Part shown: piece by piece, positions 48,662 through 61,409 of the stretch
Layout: every line of letters begins with the position of its first letter
Position numbering within the stretch: position 1 is the stretch's first letter
Assembly: GCF_037042905.1 (NCBI RefSeq)
Contig: NC_087245.1
Span: 11,162,001-11,226,000 of the forward strand
DNA length: 64,000 nt
Direction of reading: 5' to 3'
Source of the DNA: Lytechinus pictus
Taxonomy: Eukaryota
Notes under the pieces: generated by a model
The model's input: the letters and a program-made list of their open reading frames with translations, nothing else
Told to the model about the DNA's origin: nothing
Databases searched by the model: none
Position numbers and translations under genes: made by a program

Positions 48662-51600
48662 CTGATGAGGGATAATTGGAATTTCAATCGATCGAAAAAA
48701 TAATTTTAGTAGGTACGAATCTAACACAAGACTTTTAGAATATAAAGCTTTATTTATTTCCTTATCAGAAGTTCAATCTTGATTTGATTTCAGCTGTAAG
48801 AAAAGTAATGACGCAGTCACATTCAAGTAACCGACTTAAAACCGACCGATGATAATTATGTCATTTGAAATTCGTATGGATATATTTGATCGACTCGGAG
48901 TTGGTTTCGGGGTGTGACTGCGGTGTAACTGCGGTGTGACTGCGGTGTAAATACAATCAAATGTGATTTCGCAGTGTATGTGTGAATCGTCACAAATTAA
49001 AAAAAAAGTTAATTTTAGTTTTAAAAAGAAAGCAATCATCAATATCCACAAAAAAATATTATTTGATTTCCAAAAAGTGATCGAATGGGAAAATCCCAGT
49101 TGAAACACACGCATCATTTAATCACATGAAAACATTTTTTTCTTCTAAAATGTGCCTAAACTACCAAACACAAAATTAAAGCTTTATTCTAATATGTTTT
49201 CCCTGATTTTTAGATGACTATATCTATTTTCTTGAATAACTTACCCAAATAGTTAATGTGTTATGTTATTACTCGGTGTTAACTAGCTTGAAATCATATT
49301 AATGTTTTATTCACTAACTTTTCTTGAAACTGTTAGCAGACTCATTTTTGCCACATTTTACAAGCCCTTACTTACAAAATGTTTTTTTCCGCAAACGTTC
49401 TCCACTCACCAAGCATTTTAGTATGTTCGTCTCGACTTAGAATAACGCGGTTTACTTTTTTTTCGAAAAATAAATAAATAAATACAATCAAGGTCTAAAA
49501 TGAATGGGTCACAATGGGCACAAACAAAACATCCCACGTAAAATGCAGAATCAACATACCAGTTGTCACCACCATTGGGGCCGCCTGCTGGGTGTACTGC
49601 AAAAACAAATTTAAAGAATTGTCATAATTGCAAAATTTCAACAAAACTGAATGTGTCTCCCTTGTAAATAAATAAGTTACAGCAATGAATATCTAATGCA
49701 CTTAAATAGTTATTCAAATTGTTGGTTCTTGAAGAAAAGAAAAATGAATAAACCTAATTTCATAAAATAAGATACAAAACAACAAGTGGGGATATGACAT
49801 GATCAGTTTGCCTATAGAATATTCATGAAGACATGCCTAGAGCCGTTTCACCGGAATGATGCAAATCTTTAAAATGCCATAACTTTTTATTCCTTGTCCA
49901 ATTTTGATCAAATTTTCAGTGTTCTGTTTGTCTGGTTTTTCTTCATTTGTTCAAATCATATTATTTTCAACCCGGAGTACCCCTTAAATGATTATTAAGT
50001 GTATTAACTTACCACAGTGGTAGTAGTAGTTGTTGGGGAGGAATGGGCACACGCCATACCACCGCAGCAGTAAGCTGAGCCTACAATAGCAACCACCATC
50101 TCAATCACTCCAAGAACCGCCAACAGAGCGTCACTTGCGACTCTCCCAGCCTATTCAATTGAATTCGAGAGAATAAAGATAATTTTCTGTTTAATTTTCC
50201 CTTCCTTTATCTAAATCTCCTAACTACTCACTTTCAATCTTTCTTTATTTATTTTTTACTACTGTATCCATAGATGTATTCTTTTATCATCCATTCATGA
50301 ATCATAACAATGATAATAATCCGCATTTGTATATAGCGCACATCGGAACGGCGCATTGTTCGGATATAAAATACTAGCCTGGGGGGGGGGGTACTCACCG
50401 TGACGAAATAAGGCATACGGGGATGTGGTCGCTTTTTTTGGAAGAAATCCCTAAACATGGGGTATGGTTTTATGCTGGAAAAGCCCTAAACATGGCTCCA
50501 ATTTTTAGATACTGGCCTTAAACATGGGTCCATATTGTCCTCCAATTCTGGGTGATAACTTCTTTCTTTCTTTTTTTCTTTTGGGGGGGGGTGCTTGTCA
50601 AATTTTAATAAATCCTTAATAATGGGTATTTTGTTAGCAGAAATGACCCATAAATATGGGAATGGGTTTTGAACCTTCAGCTGCACACCGCCGTCCAAAC
50701 CAAATCTAAGTACCCCCCCCCCCCCACCATTCCCCGTATACTAGTATTACCCTACAAAACTCCGCGGCGTTTCGTAGCGCTTTGCAGATATACCGTTGAT
50801 TTTCCGCGACTTGTTCGCACAATTGTGCAAGCGCATTCTTCACTCCGTATAGGGAGCAATTCAGCAGTAGTTTCCAAACTAAATTGATAGTCACATTACA
50901 TTGGCTTCCAAATCATAAATAATACCCATTTAACACGTAGGTGGAAAGTGGCAAAATTTGGACTGATGCCTCGCCAAAGACCGCCAAGCCGAGATAAGAA
51001 TCGAGAATTCCTTTTCCACCTATTATCTATTTATGTTCTCGTACAAGCATTTCATTATCGACTATCTAAAATTAAAATGTCTTTTATTCGTTTGCAAAAT
51101 TTTGCAATTTTGTTTAAACACTGATAATAGTTGCTAATAATTTCAGAAACAAACTTATTTACACCACTTACATAGCCATGAGCTGCGATAATAGCGCAGT
51201 AAGCTGAATCCTATTTTGCAGAAATTATTAGATGAATCAGACCATTTCATATACATTACTTGATTGTAAGACATTGAAATGTCGGTCACCATTTCTCTCT
51301 TTAAAACTGCTTTTCTGATCGCATAATTCCAATGAAACATATTTACTGTAGAAGCTGTTATTTTCGCGTACAGAATTTTTCGCGAATCGCGGGGGTCCCG
51401 ACATTTTCGCGGGTTGTTAAATTCGCGATCGGAAGATGTAGAAAACATTTCCACAGCATTTAAAAGAAGCAAAACTAGTGCTAAATTAATCACGTGCAAA
51501 TCTCTACTCCTCAAATTCCATGCTGATGTGTCTTTTGTACATAAATATGTCCCTGTAAAAACAGTTACAAACTGTGGAAAAAGGTGGTTTAAATTTCAAT

Positions 51601-53624
51601 TTTTTTACCTTTAGATCTGAAAATTCATCATGCCATAAGTTTGATCTGTAATTTATAGGGTTAAGCAATCGTTAGAATTTGTGTTTTGTTCTATTAATTT
51701 TTCAAAAAGTTGGTAAAACTGCAAAAATGTGGAATTTTGTGAACAGAATCTTCAACTGTAAAAGCTCTGGTCATGTGACTTATGAATATTAATGAGTATG
51801 CAAATAGCTGCCAATACGTGTGTAATAGAGTCAATCAGATGACAATAATATCAAATTATTTCATGGAAAATACATTTTAATATTACAATGAGTGTATAGA
51901 TATTGATAAAATAATGTTAGAAAATACTTTAGGCTCTGATTTTGTTTGAGAAATTAAAAAAAGTGAAATTCTAGCTAACTTTTTGAATCACTAACTGTAC
52001 TTTCTAAGCCTTATTTTTTGTACATATAGAGGTGCATATCTCCATTTTCTCACTACACAGTATGTTTTCAATAGCAAAGCTTTGCTGTTGGGGACATTGG
52101 CACTGACTAACAAGTGTGTCAATATTTTCGCGTGTTGTTAAATTCGCGGCCGATCGGCAATTCGCGAAATCCGCGAAAATAAAACCCCCGCGAAAATTAC
52201 AGCTTGTACATTCTGTTTACGTGGTAAAGTTGAAATTGAGATTCCCTGGTTATCAACTGCAACTTTTCTCACGCTACATTAGAGTTTGTGGAAAATCATC
52301 GAAATTAAATCAAATGCTTTGAAAAGGGGTGTGATTGGCCCAACTAATGAGATGCTCGTATAAAAGATTGTATTCCTTTTTTTTATGAGAATGTTTTGTT
52401 TATTATTCACCATGAATAACCGAAACTAATTTCATCTACCTACCAAAATACTACCTCCGCAGTACTCATAAATATAGCATGATAGTCCACTCGTAATACT
52501 CGAACTAATAGAACCAGCAACCATTTGAATGAAGGCACAAACAGCAGATATGATGCACATCGTTAGATAGGCAATGATCTAAGAAAACAATGCAGAATAT
52601 TAAACAGAATATTCAGGTATCAAGACAACGTCAAATGTTAAAATATATTATAGAGGTCATGCAGTTGCTGTCCTATCATATTTGGGATCATTCAAAGCTG
52701 GTAGGTGTGTATTTGTCAAATTGAACTTTGATATAAAAATACGATTTCATATGTGTTTCTTTGTTATTTATTTCATACCATCTTCCCCACTCCCTCCAAA
52801 AAGTCATTTAAACTCAAAGCTGTCAGTGTTCTAATGCTCCCACTTGGTTTAAAAGACTGTGATATTGATTTAAGACTATATATATGAACGAAGAAAACAA
52901 TAATACATACCACACAGTTGTTCTTTTGGTAGGTGCATATTCCCAAGATTCCAGTAGGAATGTAGAACTACAGAGGATGATAATCGAATTTATGAATCAA
53001 AGGAAATGACAGAAAAGATGCAGGGCTTCACAGTAAAAATAATTAAACAACACTGTTTACTATATTAATCGTCCAGTAGTTGTTGAACAGGTTAAACAAC
53101 CATGCCTAATTTATTAGAAATTATCATATCAAATATTATTATAATAATAATTACTATATATTATTATATTATAGAAAATATTAGAAATTAAACTTTGTTG
53201 TTAAAGATTTTAAACACTTTTTTACACTGTTTATACAACTACTGTACGATTCATAATATAGTAAACAGCGTTGTTAAAAAAAAAATAACAGTGTTGGTGA
53301 AAAGATCAGGTATTATAGCCTTCGTAAGTGACAATTTTTACATTGGACCTAACTTACAAGAACACTCGCCCATATGCCCATGCCGGTAAAGCCTACTCCG
53401 GTCCCGAGAACGATCTCGGCAATAGCAACGACGATGCTCCCAATACCAAGAAAAAGTTGTATCCAACCGGTTGCTCTTCCTGCTGCTCCATTGAAGTTCT
53501 GAGACACACCACTCGTCGAGTTTGGATTCTGGACAGTAGAAGAATAGTTGACTGGAGCAGGCTGATGAACATAGACCGTCTGACCCGGGACTCCCGGCTG
53601 GGTCGGATAAGATGTGGTCTGCAT
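48486..53624 (-). CDS. MS4A/CD20-like four-transmembrane protein, paralog B (269 aa)
   Basis: join(53624-53358,52967-52911,52578-52444,50150-50013,49596-49560,48661-48486) = 810 nt, open, GT-AG, same phases as paralog A. Confidence 0.88.
49560..49596 (-). CDS. MS4A-like B coding exon 5 (37-nt)
   Basis: YTQQAAPMVVTT; tttttgcag acceptor, GTATGT donor. Confidence 0.85.
50013..50150 (-). CDS. MS4A-like B coding exon 4 (TM4)
   Basis: AGRVASDALLAVLGVIEMVVAIVGSAYCCGGMACAHSSPTTTTTTV. Confidence 0.9.
50381..50725. mobile_element. MITE with GGGGGGTACT termini
   Basis: G-run-TACTC...AAGTA-C-run; internal repeated CCTAAACATGGG. Confidence 0.7.
51347..52210. mobile_element. MITE with TTTTCGCG-rich TIRs
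   Basis: TGTAGAAGCTGTTATTTTCGCG...CGCGAAAATTACAGCTTGTACA; subterminal TTCGCG repeats; AT-rich interior may be a second insertion. Confidence 0.7.
52444..52578 (-). CDS. MS4A-like B coding exon 3 (TM3 and large loop)
   Basis: IIAYLTMCIISAVCAFIQMVAGSISSSITSGLSCYIYEYCGGSIL. Confidence 0.88.
52911..52967 (-). CDS. MS4A-like B coding exon 2
   Basis: FYIPTGILGICTYQKNNCV. Confidence 0.9.
53358..53624 (-). CDS. MS4A-like B coding exon 1
   Basis: MQTTSYPTQPGVPGQTVYV...GWIQLFLGIGSIVVAIAEIVLGTGVGFTGMGIWASVL; acceptor at 53644-53645. Confidence 0.92.
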
Positions 53625-53884
53625 TTTCAGTTGTTTAAGTTCACTGCACAGGGATTAAAGAGATATCGATAGTTTGATTGGTGATAACTTAGTTATAAAG
53701 GGGAAGTTCACCTTGACAATAGGTTGGTTTTAATAACAGCAGAAAGCTTAGAGAAAAATATTGGTGAATGTTTTCTGACAATCCATCAGGGAATAAGAGA
53801 ACTCTGATTTAAGTTTTTTATTTGCGACGGTATATTCGAGCAACTCCCCACATGTCACGTAATGTAAGTTCCAATGCCTCCTCC

Positions 53885-54804
53885 TGTTGCACAACAAATT
53901 GTCGCCCCTGCACAAGTTGTCGTCCCGCGACATTTTGTGAAAATCTGACACCACAAATATTGTCACACTGCACAAATGTTCGCCTCATTTAGGCGACAAT
54001 TTATGGAGGAGGGGACACCACAAATTGTCTCCCAATTTCACTTAAAACTTATACAAATAAAATAGGTCATGTAGAGTAGCAAATGTAATTAGACCATTTG
54101 GCTATTAGACGAATTGGTCATTGACCAAATGAGAATTAGACCAAGTATATACTAGACCAATTGCAAATTAGACCAACTTATTAGTAGACCAAATGGGTTA
54201 AGCCCCATGTGTTATTAGACAAACGGAGAATAAGTCTAACTGTTGTTAAACCATGTGGATAAAAACCGATTTTTCCACTGGCTCTGCTGCTGTTCTCTAT
54301 ATATTAGCCTTCCCAAAGGTAAATTGCCAGTTGGTGTAGATCCGATTTATCTAATGGCCGTTTAGCCACATCCTATACATGGTCTAATTCCATTTTGTCT
54401 CCAACCAGTTTACCTTTTGGTCTAATTGTCATTTTGCCTATTTACCATTCTGTCTAATTTCCATTCGGTCTAATTTGTATTTGGTCTAATATCTAATTGG
54501 TCTAACACTACTTGGTCAATCCCGTAACAGACTGAAAAGTCGAAAAGGCGATTAGACCATTTGGCTATTCGACGATTCGGCAATTATACCGACAAATAAT
54601 ATTCGACGATTCGGCAATTATACCGACAAATAATATTTGACCAAGTCACATACATTAGACCAAGTGGAATTTAGATTTAGACCAAACTGTTACTAGAGCA
54701 AATGGGTTTAGCTCGTATGGTATTAGACGATCAGAGTGTTTGACCATGGACCTACTACAACCAACTGCTACTGCTACACAAAGTGGATATACCCCCCCCC
54801 CCCC

Positions 54805-54836
<32 letters not shown>

Positions 54837-55196
54837 TAATAATAATAAAAAATAATAATGATAATAATACACACATATACATACACACCCTCACACACAC
54901 ACACACGCACCCTAGTACAACGCTCACATCTAACACAACCTTACCACAAACGACACACACTCGGAAGCACATACACTACACACCAGACTGGTGGTTGAAG
55001 ACAATTTGTGTAATGGGCGACAATTCGTGGTTCTAGGTTTCTTTTTGCCGACACAAATTGGCACAATATGCTAAAAAAAATTGAGACCGGCACGTGCAGC
55101 GCAAATTGTCGCGAGGCGACAATTTGTTCAGGGGTAACAATTTGTGGTGTCAAATTTCGCGCAAATTGTCGCGGGGCGACAATTTGTGGTGCAACA
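53885..55196. mobile_element. TGT...ACA non-autonomous DNA transposon (Ginger-like termini)
   Basis: TGTTGCACAACAAATTGTCGCCCC vs TGTTGCACCACAAATTGTCGCCCC (23/24); subterminal ACAAATTGTC repeats; contains Merlin-like repeat pieces and CA/TA repeats. Confidence 0.75.
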
Positions 55197-55699
55197 CCCC
55201 CCCCCCCCGAACTTGAGACAATAATTTCACAAGTGAATGGAAAAAGCAAGAGGGCGGGATTCAGATTTAACATTGGAATTACAAAAGGAACGATGAGCCC
55301 TGTCGACGTGAATAACAAACAATCGAGAGAGATTGGATTAACTTATTTTTAAGTCCTCAACTAGATTTCGCTCATTGAATATTTTGTGAGAAGCAAATCA
55401 TGAACATTGAATTAGTCTGTCATATTGCCACCACTGTATTCAGACATGTTCGGGTCTTCTGTCTTTATAGTTCAGTAATTTCCTTAAAGTAATGATAGAA
55501 ATTATATAGATGACCTGCCACCGAAAACTAACAATAAGTCGCCAAAAATAAAATCAAAATTGTTCATTAAACTTATAAAAGCACATTCTAAGTTTTGTCA
55601 AGTCGATCAAACAATAACCCACTCAAGTACATGACTGAATGTTGAAGGAATTCAATGAGATCTTTAAAGAGAAAACAAGGTTGAGAGTTAGGGGTTCAC

Positions 55700-56060
55700 T
55701 CAAAAATGAGGCGTGTGCAATCTAGTTACCAGCTCTCCCAATCCAAAATTTTGCTCAACCTACAAAATCCAAACGACGTATACGTGCCAAACAATTTGAA
55801 AACTGTGACACGAGTAATACACAAGTAATAACAAGTGTTACAATCTAATCAGAGCACGAACTGAACAACACAGGAACTCGTTCTTCCCATCCACTATCAT
55901 TGAGTGGAATCACCTGAGTGACGCTGTCATCAACTCATCGACAAGCTCATTCAAGAAGGCCATCGACACTCGACAGAACCTTCTAATCTTCACTCCGCCC
56001 TCTCTCACCCGATGCGTTTATGTTCAGGGGGGCCCTGCATCGTACACATCCAGATCCAGG
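55700..56060 (+). mobile_element. CR1-group LINE 3' end
   Basis: ARTEQHRNSFFPSTIIEWNHLSDAVINSSTSSFKKAI matches the CR1 ORF2 C-terminal SFFPRTI.EWN.L motif; ends in an ATCCAG repeat tail. Confidence 0.8.
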
Positions 56061-58439
56061 TGAAACCGCCAAGCAGTGTGTAAAAAGTGTTGTCCAAGAG
56101 ACTCTTGTATCTAGTCTTTTCTTTAACTTCACAACTACTATTCTTCATAGTATGATGGAGAATAATTAGTCTTTCAGAATGAGCTTATTTTCTTATTTTT
56201 ACTTTTTTAACCCAAGGTTCTACTTAAGCTAATTACAGATAACTTTCCCTGGCGAATTATTGTTGGTTTGGGGTACCTGTTAACATGTAGGCATTTATCA
56301 ATGGCGCAATATAACGTGTAAGTCAAAAAAAGAAAACTTTATACTTAAAAAAACCCAAATTTATAGGAAAAATTAATCATGAACGCAAAACCATTTCATA
56401 TGTCATGAAATATAACTTCTCGAAAATAATGTGAATCCATTTTACGTAGTATAAATTTACGCTTTGATAATCAGGAGGTATTCTTTGTTGTGATGTAAAA
56501 TTCGAAATGTGTCAAAGCGAAGTATGACTACAGTGAATGAATTCAGAGGCTCATGAGTAGCAGTAAACATGGTAAAATGCCCCCCCCCCCCGCAAAAAAA
56601 AACAAAAAAAAAACAGAAAATGAAACACGGGAGTCAGAAATTGATGAATTGTTTGCACTGAAGGATATACCCCCCTTACGCAATATGACGAGAACAGTTC
56701 AACCATTTCTAATTTCCGTGCTTTTTTTTTTTTGCATTTCACCATGTTTACCACAACTCATGCATGTTTACACTCTCATAACCCATGATCTTGAAGTTTG
56801 GGATACAGAGTCTGAGTCTCCATTTTTTTGTGCATGGTTTCGTCGAAATAAAACAATTGATCAAACAAAGAGCATTTATAAAACTCCAGCAGATCCACTA
56901 TTCAAGGTTCAAAGCAAACAATTCAAACATGTTATGTGTTTAACCTTTCAATAACGGATATGATCACAATACTTGCGGCTGATATTTGTAAAAGAATTGT
57001 TGTTAGATCCAACATTGTGTGTCTACCCTCAAAATTGCGTAAACGAGGAAACTAATCGATCTCAATATAATTGTACCGTGAACCCACAATTCGTAGCATT
57101 TTAAAGCAGAACTGTGCGACAAAAATACGACACATGATATACTGCAATAGTCGTGGGAAATGTCACCTATCATGTACCTCTATGAATTAAAATGAAATGC
57201 TTAGATACATACATTGTAAGATCATATCAACTGGCAGCTGCAGAGTTATTGGAAGTTGCCAAATTTATAAAAGTTTCTTAAAGACATATTTCTTTCTCTT
57301 TCCCAGCATATGCCAGCATGCTTTTTATTTTCCCTTCTCTCCTTTTTCCCCTGAGCACTAGGCTCTTAAATTTATGCTATTATACGACCAATATAAGTGG
57401 TAGCAAAAGGGGTAGATTTTTAATTTTACAATATCCCATTCTATTTTAAATTTGAAAAGGATTTCCATCACTTTTTTTACGACAGAAGTCAGAAAATAAA
57501 TTATTGTATATTAGAATTTACTCGATTTAGGCGGCCTCAGACTCGGTGGAGTTACCCATGATATTTATATATTTCTCTGGAATTGATATGAGTGACATAA
57601 AATTAATGACAATACATTCATGGAATCAGACAAACTGTTCATTTTTATTGACATATTCGTTGTGCTAGTCTGACCAAGAACATCTGGATGAGATGTTTTA
57701 ATGACCTTATAAGACAAAGCAATGGCCACGTGCAATATTCATAATTGAAAGTATGACGCTACGGATACGAGAATACCATATAAATATAAAGTAAATATTG
57801 GTATCATTCTGCTTATAATTTATTTTTGACAGGTCATCATAACTCTACCTTCTCTTTTGATTTCCATTCACTTCAATCAATAATCTCACGACTTCTTTTC
57901 AATTCATTGTACAGTTACACATACGATGTTTGGACTAAGTTTTACATTTTTTTCGTGGTGACTTACGAGACAAAATAGCCCATTTCCAGTAAAAATATAT
58001 TCCAATGTCATTAATTCACTTAAAACTTGGCAGAAGATTCAGATATGCCGTCTTTATACTTCTATCACATAGGGAAATATAGGGCATGATGGAGGAAAAT
58101 TATTTAGTCGCAGAAATGAAAATACGTATTCATTTATTCATGATCAAAATAGAATAGGTTAGGCTACAATTTCTCACCAAATACTGATACAAAACTTCGT
58201 TGAATTATATAATAGTTTTTGTGTCATCAAGCCCGACAATTCTCCACAAATGCATTAAGATACCACAAAATTTATTAACATACATTATTATTATCATACA
58301 CATTAATTTCTCATACAATTGTAAAAAAAAAAAGAAGACGTATGTACTTATTGTGCGGAAACACCAATTTGCAATCACTTAATTTCAAAATAGCTATCAA
58401 TAATAGCGAAACAAACAATAAAGCAACGAAGTACACATG

Positions 58440-59480
58440 TCAACATTGCATTTCAATACCCTGTTAACACAACATCCTGTAAAGTTATGACTCAGCTCTT
58501 TTGAATAGTTACATTATAGTTTCTTACTCTACTTTCCTCCCATATCTCATACAAGCTCAGCTCCAATTTTTCCTTCCTTATTCAGGCGATATAATAATTA
58601 TTATATATATATATATATTTGTTTTTTCTCCACTCACCTCTTTTAGATTTACCACATTTGCTTATTTACACGTATACTATGGTTTCTTCATAATACACCC
58701 CCTCTCTTCTATATTTGCTTTTACCTTTTTAGGCAATCTGCTTCCTCTTTTTCACATATACAGGTTTTTTTTTTTCTACTATATAGTCTTATGTTTTTTT
58801 GCCGTCACACCTAGCGGATTACAATATCAGTTACACCATACGTGTATTTTATATTTTTTCATATACATTTCTTTTTTTGATATATTTATATACATATCAC
58901 TTATAGATACATATTTACACTTACCTTCTTCTCTTAGTTTGTTTAATGCTTTATCATATATACTTATATGTCTTTTGCACATTATCAGTTGTTTCCCATT
59001 CTTTTCCTTTTTTCCCCCACTCTTATGCACCAGTTTATTAAGCCTTTCTTTGTAACCTGTTTGACCCACCTCTCACTAATTCTCTTGTTTTTCATCCCAT
59101 TATCACTGTTTTGTTACAGATCCTGTTTGATGTTGCCTGCCTCATTATTTTAATCCCTCTTGGCTTGAGGTCTTTTACTGGCCTTACTTACACTAACTTC
59201 CCTTTGTGTCTGCCTACTCATTTTCTTTCATCCCCTTCACTAACCTGATTGGTCTTCTCTACTCACAAATGCCCCTTTTGTCTCCTTGTTTCTAGTGTTG
59301 CTGTAGCTTGTTTGTGGTGTATATTATGGTTGTTCCACTTTATATGTTTGTCATTTTGCCTCCGACGAAGATTCTGCTAGGATCGAAAGCTTAGGCCCTT
59401 TTTTGACTTTCTAATTTACTCCATTGGCTCTCTTTTATTAGATAAGCAGTTTTCAGCAGCTTCTTTTTGCCATTGATATA
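58440..59480 (+). mobile_element. Probable Penelope-like element 3' remnant
   Basis: Long pyrimidine-rich tract ending in a CCGACGAAG-hairpin-GAAAGCT motif; weak VTPSGL resemblance to the GIY-YIG terminal PxGLN near 58800-58822. Confidence 0.5.
59358..59396 (+). ncRNA. Degenerate minimal type I hammerhead ribozyme fold
   Basis: GCCT-CCGACGA-A-GATTCT(GCT)AGGATC-GAA-AGCT-T-AGGC; core has U4->C. Confidence 0.5.
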
Positions 59481-60071
59481 ATAGAGAATATAATTCCTTT
59501 CAAATAGAAAGAATCAAGTATACATTCAACCCTCTATGCAACAGTCACATTAAATGGCACGCTTATAGAAAACTTTTTCGAATCCCCTAAAAAAACTAAG
59601 GTTTTAATAATCCGAGAACAAACATACTCAGTGAACATAATCTTTTTCCAGATATTTTCCTTATTTCGGACCTATCCGTGTAATATATATTTTGGTAGTG
59701 TATCACATTGGGACTCCGTTCCCATGCATACTTTCTTTCATTTCCTACGACATGTCTATGTACCACTTAATACAAAAAAATCATTTAGTAACTATTTATT
59801 ACATTAAATAATAAGTAAGTTCCACTGATTAACATCACATTATTTTCAAACTGTAATGAGTTGCACTGAAATGATTGACGAGAAGAATACACTAATACAC
59901 CATTTTCACGGATTCTATCATCATTCACGGCGATCTAGACCCTACCAATAAAATGGCGACACAAACTTCAATCACACATGATATTTATATTGGTATTAGC
60001 ATATCATTTCGGAGATCCAAGCGATAAGAAAGAGCTATATAACGGCCTGTTAAATTTGAAGTTTTGCTTAC

Positions 60072-60150
60072 CTAGGTTGTTTGAAGTGTCTGCCTGGTAC
60101 CAAGCCCTATGTACTCTGTGTCGCAGCTCAGTTATTTATCAGTCTCACAG
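60072..60150 (-). other. Putative non-coding first exon of MS4A-like B
   Basis: CCTAG/GTAAGC donor at 60071; similarity to 43176-43260 (shared TGTCTGCC, CCCT). Transcription start not determinable. Confidence 0.5.
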
Positions 60151-60279
60151 TTGGGCAATACAATACAATAAATGATTTGCTCTTTCACGGTGTTTGGATT
60201 TATACTAATAAATTCAAGCAAAAACTGAATGAATAATGATGTAGAATAGAGATACAATACACAGTGGATAGATTATATC

Positions 60280-60292
60280 TGTAGCGGGCGCT
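60280..60292. promoter_or_regulatory. 13-bp motif TGTAGCGGGCGCT (second copy)
   Basis: Identical to 43407-43419. Confidence 0.5.
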
Positions 60293-61409
60293 AAACTTTT
60301 TTTGGGGGTAGTTTTTATTCTTTTTCTCTCATAACATAGAATTATAATCATAGTGCATACATAATTACCAGATTACATTTTCACATTCATTATGAAATAA
60401 TCCAGTTTGATAAAAAAAAAACAATAATCAAAATACTAAAAATAATATAACACACACGTAAATGCATACTACATTTTAAGTGAAAATTAAGGTTGAAATA
60501 ATTGAGAAAAAAAACATACATAAACACGTATATGTTCTTATAAACAAATAACCAAAATATATAAATCATATATTACCAACTGACTATTGATTTTAGGTAC
60601 ATATATATCTATAAACATCTTTTCTCATGAAAAATAATCGTACTGGCAACTGGCATAGTGCAAATATTATAGAAATCTAATTTACGTCATGCACCAAATC
60701 GTAATACAGAAACGAAATTTTAATATAAACAACATAATATAACATAACTACCTTACACACTAAGAAATTCGGGTTCAATTTTACACCCCAATATTGTCGA
60801 GATTTCTGGTCTATTCACTTTCTGTATCGATTTTTTAGTTACCTCAGTTGGGACTCGAACTCACATCGCTTTTCCTGTAGTCAAGATTTTTCCCGCTATG
60901 CCAGCGAGAAGCGCTAAGATCAGATGAGGTCTCAAGCGAAATGATCAGATACTTTTTTGACTTGTGCTGATAGTTGTGATTCAAATAGCCCTATTTACTG
61001 TTTCTCCAAAAGTATACGTAATCAAATGTGTTTTTGAAACAATTATCATCACATTAATATTAAATATTTTAAAAATTATTTCACTTCGGTAAAGTATGGC
61101 GTTAGTGCATTGTTATCGGGTATTTTTCGATCACAAATCAACTCTATCTGTACCATACGTCTATCAGCGAGACTGGTGGGGTGCACGCAAAGAGTTCATG
61201 GGTGTACAACAGACACGTACCCTCGCATAAGAGCTAACTTGCACCTCGATGGTATTGCGAGGTGTACGCACGTATCGTACACCCCATTTGCACCGGGATT
61301 TCTTAGCGCGTACATAACATATTTCTTTTAAGGGAAACGTTAACCCTCCTCTCCCAATTGAATATCAATAATGTCAAACCTGCATATCCTTACCCACATT
61401 TGGCTCAAT

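Noticed and set aside
58501..59055. 184-aa hydrophobic ORF as a membrane protein
   Set aside because: Product of a T/C-rich low-complexity tract with a TTG start and no splice or paralog support.
60840..60910. Minus-strand B-box-like GAGTTCGAGTCCC
   Set aside because: No cloverleaf or recognisable SINE body; too degraded to call.
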